Positions 19,507-28,023 of a stretch of DNA of 34,620 nt are shown here, piece after piece. The stretch is from Candidatus Zambryskiibacteriota bacterium (GTDB taxonomy: Bacteria > Patescibacteriota > Minisyncoccia > Phycocordibacterales > DATGWK01). The position numbers and the translations under genes were made by a program. Every line of letters starts with the position of its first letter. Position 1 is the first letter of the stretch. The notes below the pieces were generated by a model. The model was not told where the DNA came from. It worked only from the letters and a program-made list of their open reading frames with translations, and made no database searches. The stretch is taken from assembly GCA_023264565.1 (NCBI GenBank), contig JAHFLV010000004.1, forward strand, positions 13,408 to 48,027, written 5' to 3'.

Positions 19507-20544
19507 ATGCTACTAGGAAAAGCGTCACCGGAAGATATGTCACTCCACCCACTTCGATACAAGTGGGCGTATGATCTCTACAACACCGCAGTCAGAAATA
19601 CCTGGTTCCCGCACGAAATCGCGCTCAAAGAAGATTTGGATGACTATGCAAAAATGACCGACGATGAACGTCATGCGGTGAAGTTTTTAATGGCCTTTTT
19701 CAACCCAGCAGAGCTCATTGTGAACCGCTCAATTGCGCTCGGAATCTATCCATATCTCAAGTCACCCGAGTGTCATTTGTATCTCGCGAAGCAGATGTGG
19801 GAAGAGGCCAATCACTGTGTGGCCTTTGAATATGTTTTGGAAACGTTTCCATTTGACCGCGCTGGTGTTTTCAATATTCATCTCGAAACCCCATCAATGG
19901 TCGCAAAAGAAGGCTACATCAATAAATATTTGAAGCGCATGACCGAAGAAACCCTCGATATTACGACCGTCGAAGGCAAAAAAGATTTCGTGAGAAACTT
20001 GGTGGCGACAAACATCGTCATGGAAGGAGTTTGGTTTTACTCAGGCTTCATGGTGGCCCTTTCTTTCCGTCAGCGAAACAAACTCCGAAATTTTGGCTCA
20101 ATGATCAACTGGGTGTTGCGAGACGAAAGTTTGCATCTTCAGTTCGGTATCAACCTCATTCACAACATCTTGGAAGAAAATCAGGAACTTTTGACCCAAG
20201 AATTTGCCGATGAAATTCGAAACATTGTTATCGAAGGTGTGAACCTCGAAACTAATTACAACCGAGACTTGTTCCCGAACGGAATTTTGGGTCTCAATGC
20301 CGACTATGTAAATCAGTATGTGCAGTATGTGGCTGATCGCCGTTTGGAAGAACTTGGAATGCCGAAGTACTACAACGTTTCTAATCCTGCAAAATGGATG
20401 TCGACTGCTTCTGACGTCTTCGAGCTCGTGAATTTCTTTGAATCACAAAATACCAGCTATGAAGTCGATACTCGAGCACATACTACTGGAAGTACTCATG
20501 GTGAAAAAAAAGAGGAGACGAAAGTAGAAATGGGTGGGGAATAA
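19507..20544 (+). CDS. nrdB: Ribonucleotide reductase beta subunit with class Ic (Mn/Fe) signature
   Basis: Ligands E69, E100xxH103, E173, E207xxH210; Phe107 at the radical-Tyr position. Confidence 0.92.
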   Translation: MLLGKASPEDMSLHPLRYKWAYDLYNTAVRNTWFPHEIALKEDLDDYAKMTDDERHAVKFLMAFFNPAELIVNRSIALGIYPYLKSPECHLYLAKQMWEEANHCVAFEYVLETFPFDRAGVFNIHLETPSMVAKEGYINKYLKRMTEETLDITTVEGKKDFVRNLVATNIVMEGVWFYSGFMVALSFRQRNKLRNFGSMINWVLRDESLHLQFGINLIHNILEENQELLTQEFADEIRNIVIEGVNLETNYNRDLFPNGILGLNADYVNQYVQYVADRRLEELGMPKYYNVSNPAKWMSTASDVFELVNFFESQNTSYEVDTRAHTTGSTHGEKKEETKVEMGGE

Positions 20545-20571
20545 GGATAGAAAGTTTTCTTTAAAAGACAG

Positions 20572-20597
20572 AAAAGCCCTCGTTGTGAGGGTTTTTT
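20572..20597 (+). terminator. nrdAB terminator
   Basis: AAAAGCCCTC-GTTGT-GAGGGTTTTTT. Confidence 0.75.
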
Positions 20598-20602
20598 CAT
20601 GC

Positions 20603-20632
20603 TTGACAAAACGCATAAAAACATGCTATAAT
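20603..20632 (+). promoter_or_regulatory. Consensus sigma70 promoter
   Basis: TTGACA-18nt-TATAAT with an extended TG. Confidence 0.75.
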
Positions 20633-20704
20633 GGTAGAAGTAAATCAAGTGGTCGCTACAGTTGTGGCCGCATACCCGTTCTTTGATTCTTCAAGGAGAT
20701 TGTC

Positions 20705-20896
20705 ATGTTGGATAATGGTCGTCGTGCGTATCGGAACGCTCTGAGTGTCTTCATCCTGCTGTTTGTTGTTTTCATTGCTTTCGCTTGGGCGAAGACCTCG
20801 GGCGACAAGAGCAAGGCAGCATACGAAGCAGATGTCGTTGCACGCGAGTTCGGTACGTCCTCGGCACAAGACAGCTCAGCTTCGGAGAATCGGTGA
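20705..20896 (+). CDS. 63-aa small membrane or secreted protein (unknown function)
   Basis: AAGGAG SD at 20693-20698, basic N-terminus plus hydrophobic helix, own promoter and terminator. Confidence 0.65.
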   Translation: MLDNGRRAYRNALSVFILLFVVFIAFAWAKTSGDKSKAAYEADVVAREFGTSSAQDSSASENR

Positions 20897-20918
20897 AGAG
20901 ATTCACCAACAAAATGCG

Positions 20919-20949
20919 AACACCTAAACCTCACGGTTTGGGTGTTTTT
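20919..20949 (+). terminator. Intrinsic terminator
   Basis: AACACCTAAACC-TCAC-GGTTTGGGTGTT-TTT. Confidence 0.8.
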
Positions 20950-21019
20950 CTTTGCGTTTTTGTGCCGCCGATTTGCTATACTTAGTCCATTAAAAAGCAA
21001 AAAATTTTAACATTACCGT

Positions 21020-22054
21020 ATGAGTAAAATCAAAGTAGCGATCAACGGGGCGGGAAGAATTGGCAGAGCGTTTTTGAAAGTTGCGCGAGAACGAAAAGAA
21101 ATTGAAGTAGTGGCCATTAACGACCTCGGCAGCATCGAAAGTATTGCCTATCTTTTGAAATACGACACAGTCTACGGAAATTCTGATTTTACTGTTGAAG
21201 TAAGTCAAGATAAAAAATCTCTCTTGATCGACGGCAAGTCTGTAGCTTTTGTGAGCGAAAAAGAACCGGCTAAACTTCCATGGGGAGCGCTTGGTATCGA
21301 TGTGGTGGTTGAATCAACCGGTTTCTATACTTCATACGAAAAATCCAAAGCTCATTTGGATGCTGGCGCAAAACGTGTAGTTATTTCTGCTCCGGTCAAA
21401 GACGAACCAACTGCTGGTATTCGTGGTGCAACCGTCCTTCTCGGTATTAATGATGAAAAACTCGAAACTTGTGATATCAGTTCCAACGCATCGTGCACAA
21501 CAAATGCCGGCTCTCCGGTCATGGCGATTTTGAATGAAACAATTGGTATCGAAAAGGCCATCCTCAACACCGTGCACGGCTACACTGCCAGTCAGTCACT
21601 CGTCGACGGTCCAAGCAAAAAGGACCTTCGCGAAGGCCGAGCAGCGGCGCAGAACATCGTGCCGTCTTCGACTGGTGCGGCGATTGCGGTTACTCAAGCA
21701 CTGCCAGAGCTCAAGGGAAAATTTGACGGTATTTCTATCCGTGTACCAGTTCCGGCTGGTTCAATTGTAGATATCACCTTCCTCGCTAAAAGAAATACTA
21801 CCGTAGAAGAAATCAATTCTATTTTAACTAAAGCTTCAGAAGAAAAACGTTGGGAGCGAATTTTTACGGTCACAAATGAACCCCTTGTTTCTTCAGATAT
21901 TTTGGGTAACAGTCATGCTTCGATCGCTGATCTCGCATTGACTCGTGTTGTCGACGGAAATCTCGTGAAAGTCATGGCTTGGTACGACAATGAAATGGGG
22001 TACACACATGCGCTGGTGGATCATGTTGTGAAGACTGGTGGTTTTGTTAAATAA
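21020..22054 (+). CDS. gap: Type I glyceraldehyde-3-phosphate dehydrogenase
   Basis: INGAGRIGR, SNASCTTN, WYDNE. Confidence 0.96.
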   Translation: MSKIKVAINGAGRIGRAFLKVARERKEIEVVAINDLGSIESIAYLLKYDTVYGNSDFTVEVSQDKKSLLIDGKSVAFVSEKEPAKLPWGALGIDVVVESTGFYTSYEKSKAHLDAGAKRVVISAPVKDEPTAGIRGATVLLGINDEKLETCDISSNASCTTNAGSPVMAILNETIGIEKAILNTVHGYTASQSLVDGPSKKDLREGRAAAQNIVPSSTGAAIAVTQALPELKGKFDGISIRVPVPAGSIVDITFLAKRNTTVEEINSILTKASEEKRWERIFTVTNEPLVSSDILGNSHASIADLALTRVVDGNLVKVMAWYDNEMGYTHALVDHVVKTGGFVK

Positions 22055-22059
22055 ATTTC

Positions 22060-22548
22060 ATGGAAACAATACTCATCGCCTCAGATCACGCAGGTTTCGA
22101 ACTCAAAGAAGCACTTATGCCGTTTTTGCGCGACATGGGCTATGAAGTCAAAGATTTTGGTGCCTATGAATTTAACGCGGACGACGATTACCCAGATTTT
22201 ATGGCTCCACTTGCTCGAGAAATCTCTGAAAGCGGCGGCGTGAAGCAGGGGATTATCATTGGTGGATCGGGCCAGGGTGAGGCGATTGTTGCCAACCGAT
22301 TCCGCCACGTGCGCGCGGTTGTGTTTAATGGTCAGTATCATCCAGAGCACGCCGAAGCAGGCCGACACGTGCCACTCGAAGTCAAAACTGCTCGCGAACA
22401 CAATGACGCCAACGTTCTTTCTCTTGGCGCACGCTTTCTTTCAAAAGAAGAAGCTGAAGCCGCTGTTAAAACATTTCTCACTATTCCATTTAGCGAAGGC
22501 GAAAATCACGTTCGACGTCTCAAGAAACTCGACGAAATAAAAATGTAG
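22060..22548 (+). CDS. rpiB: Ribose-5-phosphate isomerase B family
   Basis: ASDHAG, DDYPD, GGSGQGE, AREHNDANVLSLG. Confidence 0.93.
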   Translation: METILIASDHAGFELKEALMPFLRDMGYEVKDFGAYEFNADDDYPDFMAPLAREISESGGVKQGIIIGGSGQGEAIVANRFRHVRAVVFNGQYHPEHAEAGRHVPLEVKTAREHNDANVLSLGARFLSKEEAEAAVKTFLTIPFSEGENHVRRLKKLDEIKM

Positions 22549-22593
22549 CCGCAATGTGCGCCGCAAAATTGTGCGTATTGTAAAACCAAAGCA

Positions 22594-23325
22594 ATGATCG
22601 AAATCATTCCAGCGATAATGCCAAAAAACTTCGAAAACTTGAACGAAGATTTGTCGTTGGTCTCTGGGCTTGTGCCGTTGGTGCAGATCGATGTTATGGA
22701 CGGTGCGTTTGTTCCGAACAAAACCTGGCCGTATATGAAAAGCGCTCCAGGCAGTGAACCTGCAGGCGATCCTGATTTTGCCAAAATACTTCATGAAGAA
22801 GGCGGCTTTCCATTGTGGGAAGAATTAGATTTTGAGGCAGACCTGATGGTCGCAAATCCGGGTGCCGCCGCGAAAGAGTGGATCACTGCGGGTGCCAAAA
22901 GAATTATTCTTCATGTTGAGTCTATGGGCGACGCGGGTGCCGCCAAAGCTTTTGTGCAGGAAATCAAAAATTCTTTACCAAGTCGCGATTCTTTTTTCTA
23001 CACGGAAATCGGTGTGGCGCTAAATCCCGAAACTTCAAACGAAGTCCTTGAGCCGCTCATGGAATATATCGACTTCGTGCAGTTTATGGGAATCGCTAAA
23101 ATCGGTTTTCAAGGCCAGCCGTTTGACGAACGCGTTTTGGAAAAGATTTCTCGTTTGCGGGCAGCACATCCAAACGTTACAATTAGTGTCGACGGAGGTG
23201 TAAATTTTGAGACTGCTAAAAAACTTATTGAAGCCGGTGCGAATCGTTTGGTAATCGGCTCTGCGATTTTTGAAAGCGACGACATTCCGGCCGCGATCGA
23301 TGAATTTTTCCACCTCGTCTCCTAA
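22594..23325 (+). CDS. rpe: Ribulose-phosphate 3-epimerase
   Basis: IDVMDGAFVPN, LNPET, GFQGQ, SVDGGV. Confidence 0.9.
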   Translation: MIEIIPAIMPKNFENLNEDLSLVSGLVPLVQIDVMDGAFVPNKTWPYMKSAPGSEPAGDPDFAKILHEEGGFPLWEELDFEADLMVANPGAAAKEWITAGAKRIILHVESMGDAGAAKAFVQEIKNSLPSRDSFFYTEIGVALNPETSNEVLEPLMEYIDFVQFMGIAKIGFQGQPFDERVLEKISRLRAAHPNVTISVDGGVNFETAKKLIEAGANRLVIGSAIFESDDIPAAIDEFFHLVS

Positions 23326-23373
23326 AAATATTCATAGGCCGTCGCAAGTTTCAATAAAGAATTTTTAAAGAAA

Positions 23374-24243
23374 ATGCCCGAAATCACTGACAAAGAAATA
23401 AAAACTCTCGAAATCAAAGCAAATGAGATTCGTCAATCGATCATTACTATGCTCCTTGAAGCTGGTTCGGGTCATACAGCAGGACCTCTCGGTATGGCCG
23501 ACGTTTTCACCGCTCTCTTTTTTCATATTTTAAATCACAACCCAAAGCGTCCTGACTGGGCTGACCGCGACCGAGTTGTGCTTTCCAATGGCCATATTTG
23601 TCCGGTGTTGTACGCGACTATGGCTCACGCTGGATATTTCCCAATGGAAGAGCTACAGACTCTTCGTAAGTTCGGTAGTCGCCTCCAGGGCCATCCACAC
23701 CGAGAATATCTGACAATGCTTGAAACTAGTTCTGGTCCGCTCGCTTCTGGGCTTTCACAGGCTGTTGGTATGGCACTCGCAGACAAAATCGACAATGGTG
23801 TCGAAAGTCACAAAACCATTTACGCACTTTTGAGCGACGGTGAACACGACTCTGGCCAAATCTGGGAGGCGGCGATGTTGGCGGGAAAAAATCGACTCAG
23901 AAATCTGATTGCGATCGTCGACCGAAATAATATTCAGATCGACGGTTTTACTGAAGACATTATGCCACTCGAACCTTTGGCAGATAAATGGCGAGCGTGG
24001 AACTGGCATGTGCAGGAAATCGATGGGCACAACATGGAAGAGATAATTGATGCTGTGGGCAAGGCAAAAGCTGTTTTTGAAAAGCCATCAGTGATTATTG
24101 CCCGCACGATTCCTGGCAAAGGCGTGCCAGATTTCGAACGCAAATTCGAATGGCATGGCAAACCGCCAAATAAAGAAGAAGCGGCGATGGCGCTGAATGC
24201 GTTGCGAACGTTGGGAGGGAAGATTCGAAGTGAACATGAATAA
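23374..24243 (+). CDS. Transketolase, N-terminal (ThDP-binding) subunit
   Basis: SGH, RDRVVLSNGH, LQGHP, SDGE...N ThDP motif, WHG. Confidence 0.93.
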   Translation: MPEITDKEIKTLEIKANEIRQSIITMLLEAGSGHTAGPLGMADVFTALFFHILNHNPKRPDWADRDRVVLSNGHICPVLYATMAHAGYFPMEELQTLRKFGSRLQGHPHREYLTMLETSSGPLASGLSQAVGMALADKIDNGVESHKTIYALLSDGEHDSGQIWEAAMLAGKNRLRNLIAIVDRNNIQIDGFTEDIMPLEPLADKWRAWNWHVQEIDGHNMEEIIDAVGKAKAVFEKPSVIIARTIPGKGVPDFERKFEWHGKPPNKEEAAMALNALRTLGGKIRSEHE

Positions 24244-24274
24244 CTGCGGATAATAATGTGTAATAAAAACTATC

Positions 24275-24580
24275 ATGAGTAAGTGGATACTTGGAACGCC
24301 AATCGTTTTCTTCGCAATCTGGGGAGGAGCCTTTGTTCTGACTCTTCAGGCAAAAAGTGACAGTATTATTGTTAATCTTGCTGTAATAATTCGCATACTT
24401 ATCGAGGTTGTTGCTGAGAAGCTCAGTCCGTTTATAAGTCCTCTAATCGGTACAACATTATACAAATCCTCTTTTTTCTTTGGTGAACCTACGTCCGCAG
24501 GGTTTATATGTCTCATAATTTTTTACCTCATTGTTACTGTTATTGTCGGAGCAATTCTCGGTGCGTTGTTTGGAAAATAA
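24275..24580 (+). CDS. Hypothetical small multi-pass membrane protein
   Basis: 101-aa hydrophobic ORF filling the gap between the two transketolase genes. Confidence 0.55.
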   Translation: MSKWILGTPIVFFAIWGGAFVLTLQAKSDSIIVNLAVIIRILIEVVAEKLSPFISPLIGTTLYKSSFFFGEPTSAGFICLIIFYLIVTVIVGAILGALFGK

Positions 24581-24622
24581 AGAGATGTTTACCAGGAAAA
24601 TTTTATAAACCATTTCACAATC

Positions 24623-25624
24623 ATGCTCAACTCTAACCTCAATCAAAAAGTTTTCGACACAGACGTCGAGCAACAGCCAATCCGAAAAGGGTATGGTGAA
24701 GGACTTTTGGCTGCGGGTGAAGCTGATTCACAAGTTGTGGCTTTGTGTGCCGACCTTACTGAATCCACCCAAACTCATTTGTTTGCGAAAAAATTTCCAG
24801 AGCGATTTATTGAAGTCGGCGTGGCTGAACAAAACCTGGCATCTGTTGCCTCTGGTATGGCGGCGATGGGGAAGATTCCGTTTATTACTTCCTACGCCAT
24901 GTTTTCTCCTGGCAGAAATTGGGAACAAATTCGCACCACTATCTGCTATAACAATCAGCCGGTAAAAATTGCCGGTTCGCATGCAGGAATTTCTGTGGGT
25001 CCTGATGGAGGCACGCATCAGGCTGTCGAAGACATGGCCATCACTCGTGTTATTCCACGAATGGTCGTCATTTCTCCATGCGATTCTGTTGAAGCAAAAA
25101 AAGCGACCGTCGCTGCGGCAAAAACTGACACCCCGGTCTACATTCGTCTCGCTCGAGAAAAAACGCCGATCATGACGACTGAAGAAACTCCTTTTGAAAT
25201 TGGCAAAGCAGAACTTTTTTATGAAACCAAAAAGCCGGAAGTAGTCATTATTTCAACCGGCGCGCTCACACACAAAGCGCTTGTTGCGGCCCATGAACTC
25301 GGCCAAGCTGGCGGCTCAAACGGTGCAGGTATACAGGTAAACGTTTTAAATCTTTCTACTATCAAACCCCTCGACGAAGCGGCGATCATTAAACAAGCCA
25401 AACTTGCTGGCGCGGTTATAACAGTCGAAGAACATCAAATTCGTGGCGGCATGGGTAGCGCGGTTGCCGAATGTCTCGCAAAACATGTGCCAACTCCAAT
25501 GGAATTCATTGGTGTTGATGATCAATTCGGTCAGTCTGGAAAAACAGACGAACTCCTCGAACATTATGGAATGACTGTCGAAGCTATTAAAAAAGCTGTT
25601 AAGAGAGTGATCGAAAGAAAATAA
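24623..25624 (+). CDS. Transketolase, C-terminal subunit
   Basis: GVAEQN, DGGTHQAVED, YIRLAR, IKPLD, VEEH. Confidence 0.93.
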   Translation: MLNSNLNQKVFDTDVEQQPIRKGYGEGLLAAGEADSQVVALCADLTESTQTHLFAKKFPERFIEVGVAEQNLASVASGMAAMGKIPFITSYAMFSPGRNWEQIRTTICYNNQPVKIAGSHAGISVGPDGGTHQAVEDMAITRVIPRMVVISPCDSVEAKKATVAAAKTDTPVYIRLAREKTPIMTTEETPFEIGKAELFYETKKPEVVIISTGALTHKALVAAHELGQAGGSNGAGIQVNVLNLSTIKPLDEAAIIKQAKLAGAVITVEEHQIRGGMGSAVAECLAKHVPTPMEFIGVDDQFGQSGKTDELLEHYGMTVEAIKKAVKRVIERK

Positions 25625-25627
25625 AAT

Positions 25628-25658
25628 AAAAAAACCGGTTATATGTACCGGTTTTTTT
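25628..25658. terminator. Bidirectional terminator
   Basis: A7-CCGGT-TATATGT-ACCGG-T7 between convergent genes. Confidence 0.75.
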
Positions 25659-25671
25659 ATTTGGTTACCAA

Positions 25672-26712
25672 TTAAATTTTCTTTGGCACATACTCCGCCG
25701 GAGCATTTTTCAAATATTCCAACAACTTTTCTTGTGTGAGCAATCCTTTCTGTGCGCCGATTTCTTGCACAACAGACATAGAGTTAATCGGAGCCCATTT
25801 CATGGCTTCAGGAATACTTTTTCCAAGTACGAGAGCGGCCGTGAAGGTCGATGCGAATGCGTCACCGGCACCTGTGCGTTCATACGGCGGTTTTGGGTCT
25901 GGATATGTTGGCATGAACCAAACTTCGCCTGCGCCACCTGTGCCGCTCGTGCTGCTGTCAGAGGCATACGCACCTTTTGGTCCGTTGGTGATCACGACAA
26001 TCTTTGGTCCAAGTGCATGCATGCCAGCGATCAATTTTTTAACAACTTCTTCTAAAGAACCGCTCATTTCTTCCGCAGGCATTTTCAAAATTCGTTTTGC
26101 TTCTTCGACGTTGCAGAAAAAGATTTCCGCTCGTTTATAAAACGCTGCGAGTTTTTCGTGCCCTGCGTTCATCTGAAATGTACCCGGCTGAAAGGCAAGT
26201 TTGATATCGGGATTTTTTTCAAGCCATGCGCCGATTTCCAACTGATAGTTCAAAGAATTCGCACCCAAAGAAGTCACATATACCCAACGTGGATTCTTGC
26301 GAGGTGCCATAAAACGATAGGGGAAATCCTCATGCTTCACTAGAATTGTGCGCTCGTCTTCAAACCAGAGCACATAGTGATAGTTGGTTTTGAAACCTCG
26401 ATGGCGAGAAATATATTTAGTAGAAACCCCATTCCTTTTTGTGGTCTCGATACAATCTTTGCCATTTTGATCACCACCAATATCGGTCATGATCGCAGAG
26501 TTCAAACCAAGACGTGCAGCAGAGACAGCGGCGTTCGGTCCATTACCAACCGCGCTCACAACCTCGACAAACTCAAAAGGAATTTTATCGCCAAAAGCCA
26601 TACAGAGTTCGCAGTCGTCACGGTTTACGTTGCAGTGAACAGAAGCTTCCTTCAATCTGATAAATGCGTCGATCACAATGTCGCCGATGGCGAGAAAATC
26701 AATTTGTTTCAT
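25672..26712 (-). CDS. PfkB/ribokinase-family carbohydrate kinase
   Basis: GNGPNAAVSAARLG, TNGPKGA, RTGAGDAF. ATG at 26712 lies 6 nt after TGATATACT. Confidence 0.9.
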   Translation of the reverse strand: MKQIDFLAIGDIVIDAFIRLKEASVHCNVNRDDCELCMAFGDKIPFEFVEVVSAVGNGPNAAVSAARLGLNSAIMTDIGGDQNGKDCIETTKRNGVSTKYISRHRGFKTNYHYVLWFEDERTILVKHEDFPYRFMAPRKNPRWVYVTSLGANSLNYQLEIGAWLEKNPDIKLAFQPGTFQMNAGHEKLAAFYKRAEIFFCNVEEAKRILKMPAEEMSGSLEEVVKKLIAGMHALGPKIVVITNGPKGAYASDSSTSGTGGAGEVWFMPTYPDPKPPYERTGAGDAFASTFTAALVLGKSIPEAMKWAPINSMSVVQEIGAQKGLLTQEKLLEYLKNAPAEYVPKKI

Positions 26713-26770
26713 GCACAAAGTATATCAAGTAATATTTCAGACCGCTTAATTCCTTCGCATATTCTTGGGG

Positions 26771-26798
26771 TTGACATTTCATTAAAAAATTCTATTGT
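26771..26798 (+). promoter_or_regulatory. Sigma70-type promoter of the 26842 cassette
   Basis: TTGACA-16nt-TATTGT. Confidence 0.5.
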
Positions 26799-26841
26799 TA
26801 TGAAAGAGTAGATCACATAAGCATACGCACAGGAGTTCACC

Positions 26842-27051
26842 ATGAGTGATTTTAATCTCGGACCACCCATTGGCCTTCAGCTTGTTCGTGTTGTTGCCGG
26901 AGCCTTTAGTGCTGACAGACGACAAGGTCAGGACCAGAAGCAGGAACAGGGGAGTTGGTCCGCTGTCCGCAACCCGCTGGACCCTACACCGTCCACTCAT
27001 TACACGTCTCTTCTTCCTGATGTGCCGCTGCCCGCACGTACCAACCCCTGA
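26842..27051 (+). CDS. 69-aa hypothetical protein, Gln/Pro-rich
   Basis: AGGAG SD at 26831-26835, own promoter and terminator, no recognisable domain. Confidence 0.5.
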   Translation: MSDFNLGPPIGLQLVRVVAGAFSADRRQGQDQKQEQGSWSAVRNPLDPTPSTHYTSLLPDVPLPARTNP

Positions 27052-27080
27052 CCCCGTGTTCCTTGTTCGAGTCTTCCACA

Positions 27081-27114
27081 CCGCCGGTACAAATTCTGTA
27101 TCGGCGGCTTTTTT
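27081..27114 (+). terminator. Intrinsic terminator
   Basis: CCGCCGGTACA-AATTC-TGTATCGGCGG-C-TTTTTT. Confidence 0.8.
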
Positions 27115-27134
27115 ATGCATGATATAATTTCGCA

Positions 27135-28001
27135 ATGAAAACACTTGCAGAATATATTCAGGACGCACGAAAAAGAAAGGTCGCGGTTGGTCATTTTAAT
27201 ATTTCAAATATCGAGGGAATGTGGGCGATTTTTAACGCCGCTCGAAAGCTCAACGTACCGGTGATTACCGGTGTTTCAGAAGGTGAGCGAGAATTTTTAG
27301 GAGTTCGTCAGGTTGCGGCGCTTGTGAAAAGCCTTCGCGAAGAATATTCGTACCCAGTTTTTCTTAACGCTGACCATACCTACACAGTCGAAAAAGTAAA
27401 AGAAGCACTTGATGCTGGTTTTGACGCAGCAATTTTCGACGGCGCAAAACTTTCGTTCGAAGAAAATGTTGCTAAGGCAAAAGAATGCGTCGAGTATGCG
27501 CGAACTCTCAGCCACAAGCCGCTTATCGAAGGTGAGCTTGGTTTCATTGGCCAATCTTCAAAAGTTTTAGATGCTATCCCTGAGGGTGTCGATCTTGAAA
27601 AGGGTCTCACAACAGTCGAGCAGGCAAAGGTTTTTGTTGAACAAACTGGCGTTGATTTGCTAGCTCCTGCGGTCGGAAATTTCCATGGCATGCTTCGTGG
27701 TGGTGTTGACCCTAAACTCAATATCGATCGCATCAAAGAAATTTACGATGCCGTTGGCATCCCGCTCGTCCTTCATGGTGGCTCTGGAAATTCTTCAGAA
27801 GATTTTTCTGCGGCAATCGATGTCGGTGTTTCTATTGTGCATATCAACACCGAACTTCGCGTTGCTTTCCGTGACGCTCTCAAACTTTCTCTTCAAGAAA
27901 ACCCAGAAGAAGTGGCTCCATATAAAATTCTCAAAAATTCTGTCGCGGCTATGGAAAAACTCGTTGATACAAAACTTCGCGTGTTCAATAAGATGAAATA
28001 A
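27135..28001 (+). CDS. fba: Class II fructose-bisphosphate aldolase family
   Basis: AVGHFN, ADH, EGELG, GNFHG, LVLHGGSG, INT. Confidence 0.92.
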   Translation: MKTLAEYIQDARKRKVAVGHFNISNIEGMWAIFNAARKLNVPVITGVSEGEREFLGVRQVAALVKSLREEYSYPVFLNADHTYTVEKVKEALDAGFDAAIFDGAKLSFEENVAKAKECVEYARTLSHKPLIEGELGFIGQSSKVLDAIPEGVDLEKGLTTVEQAKVFVEQTGVDLLAPAVGNFHGMLRGGVDPKLNIDRIKEIYDAVGIPLVLHGGSGNSSEDFSAAIDVGVSIVHINTELRVAFRDALKLSLQENPEEVAPYKILKNSVAAMEKLVDTKLRVFNKMK

Positions 28002-28023
28002 TGCTTGTTTTTAAAAGTTTTTT

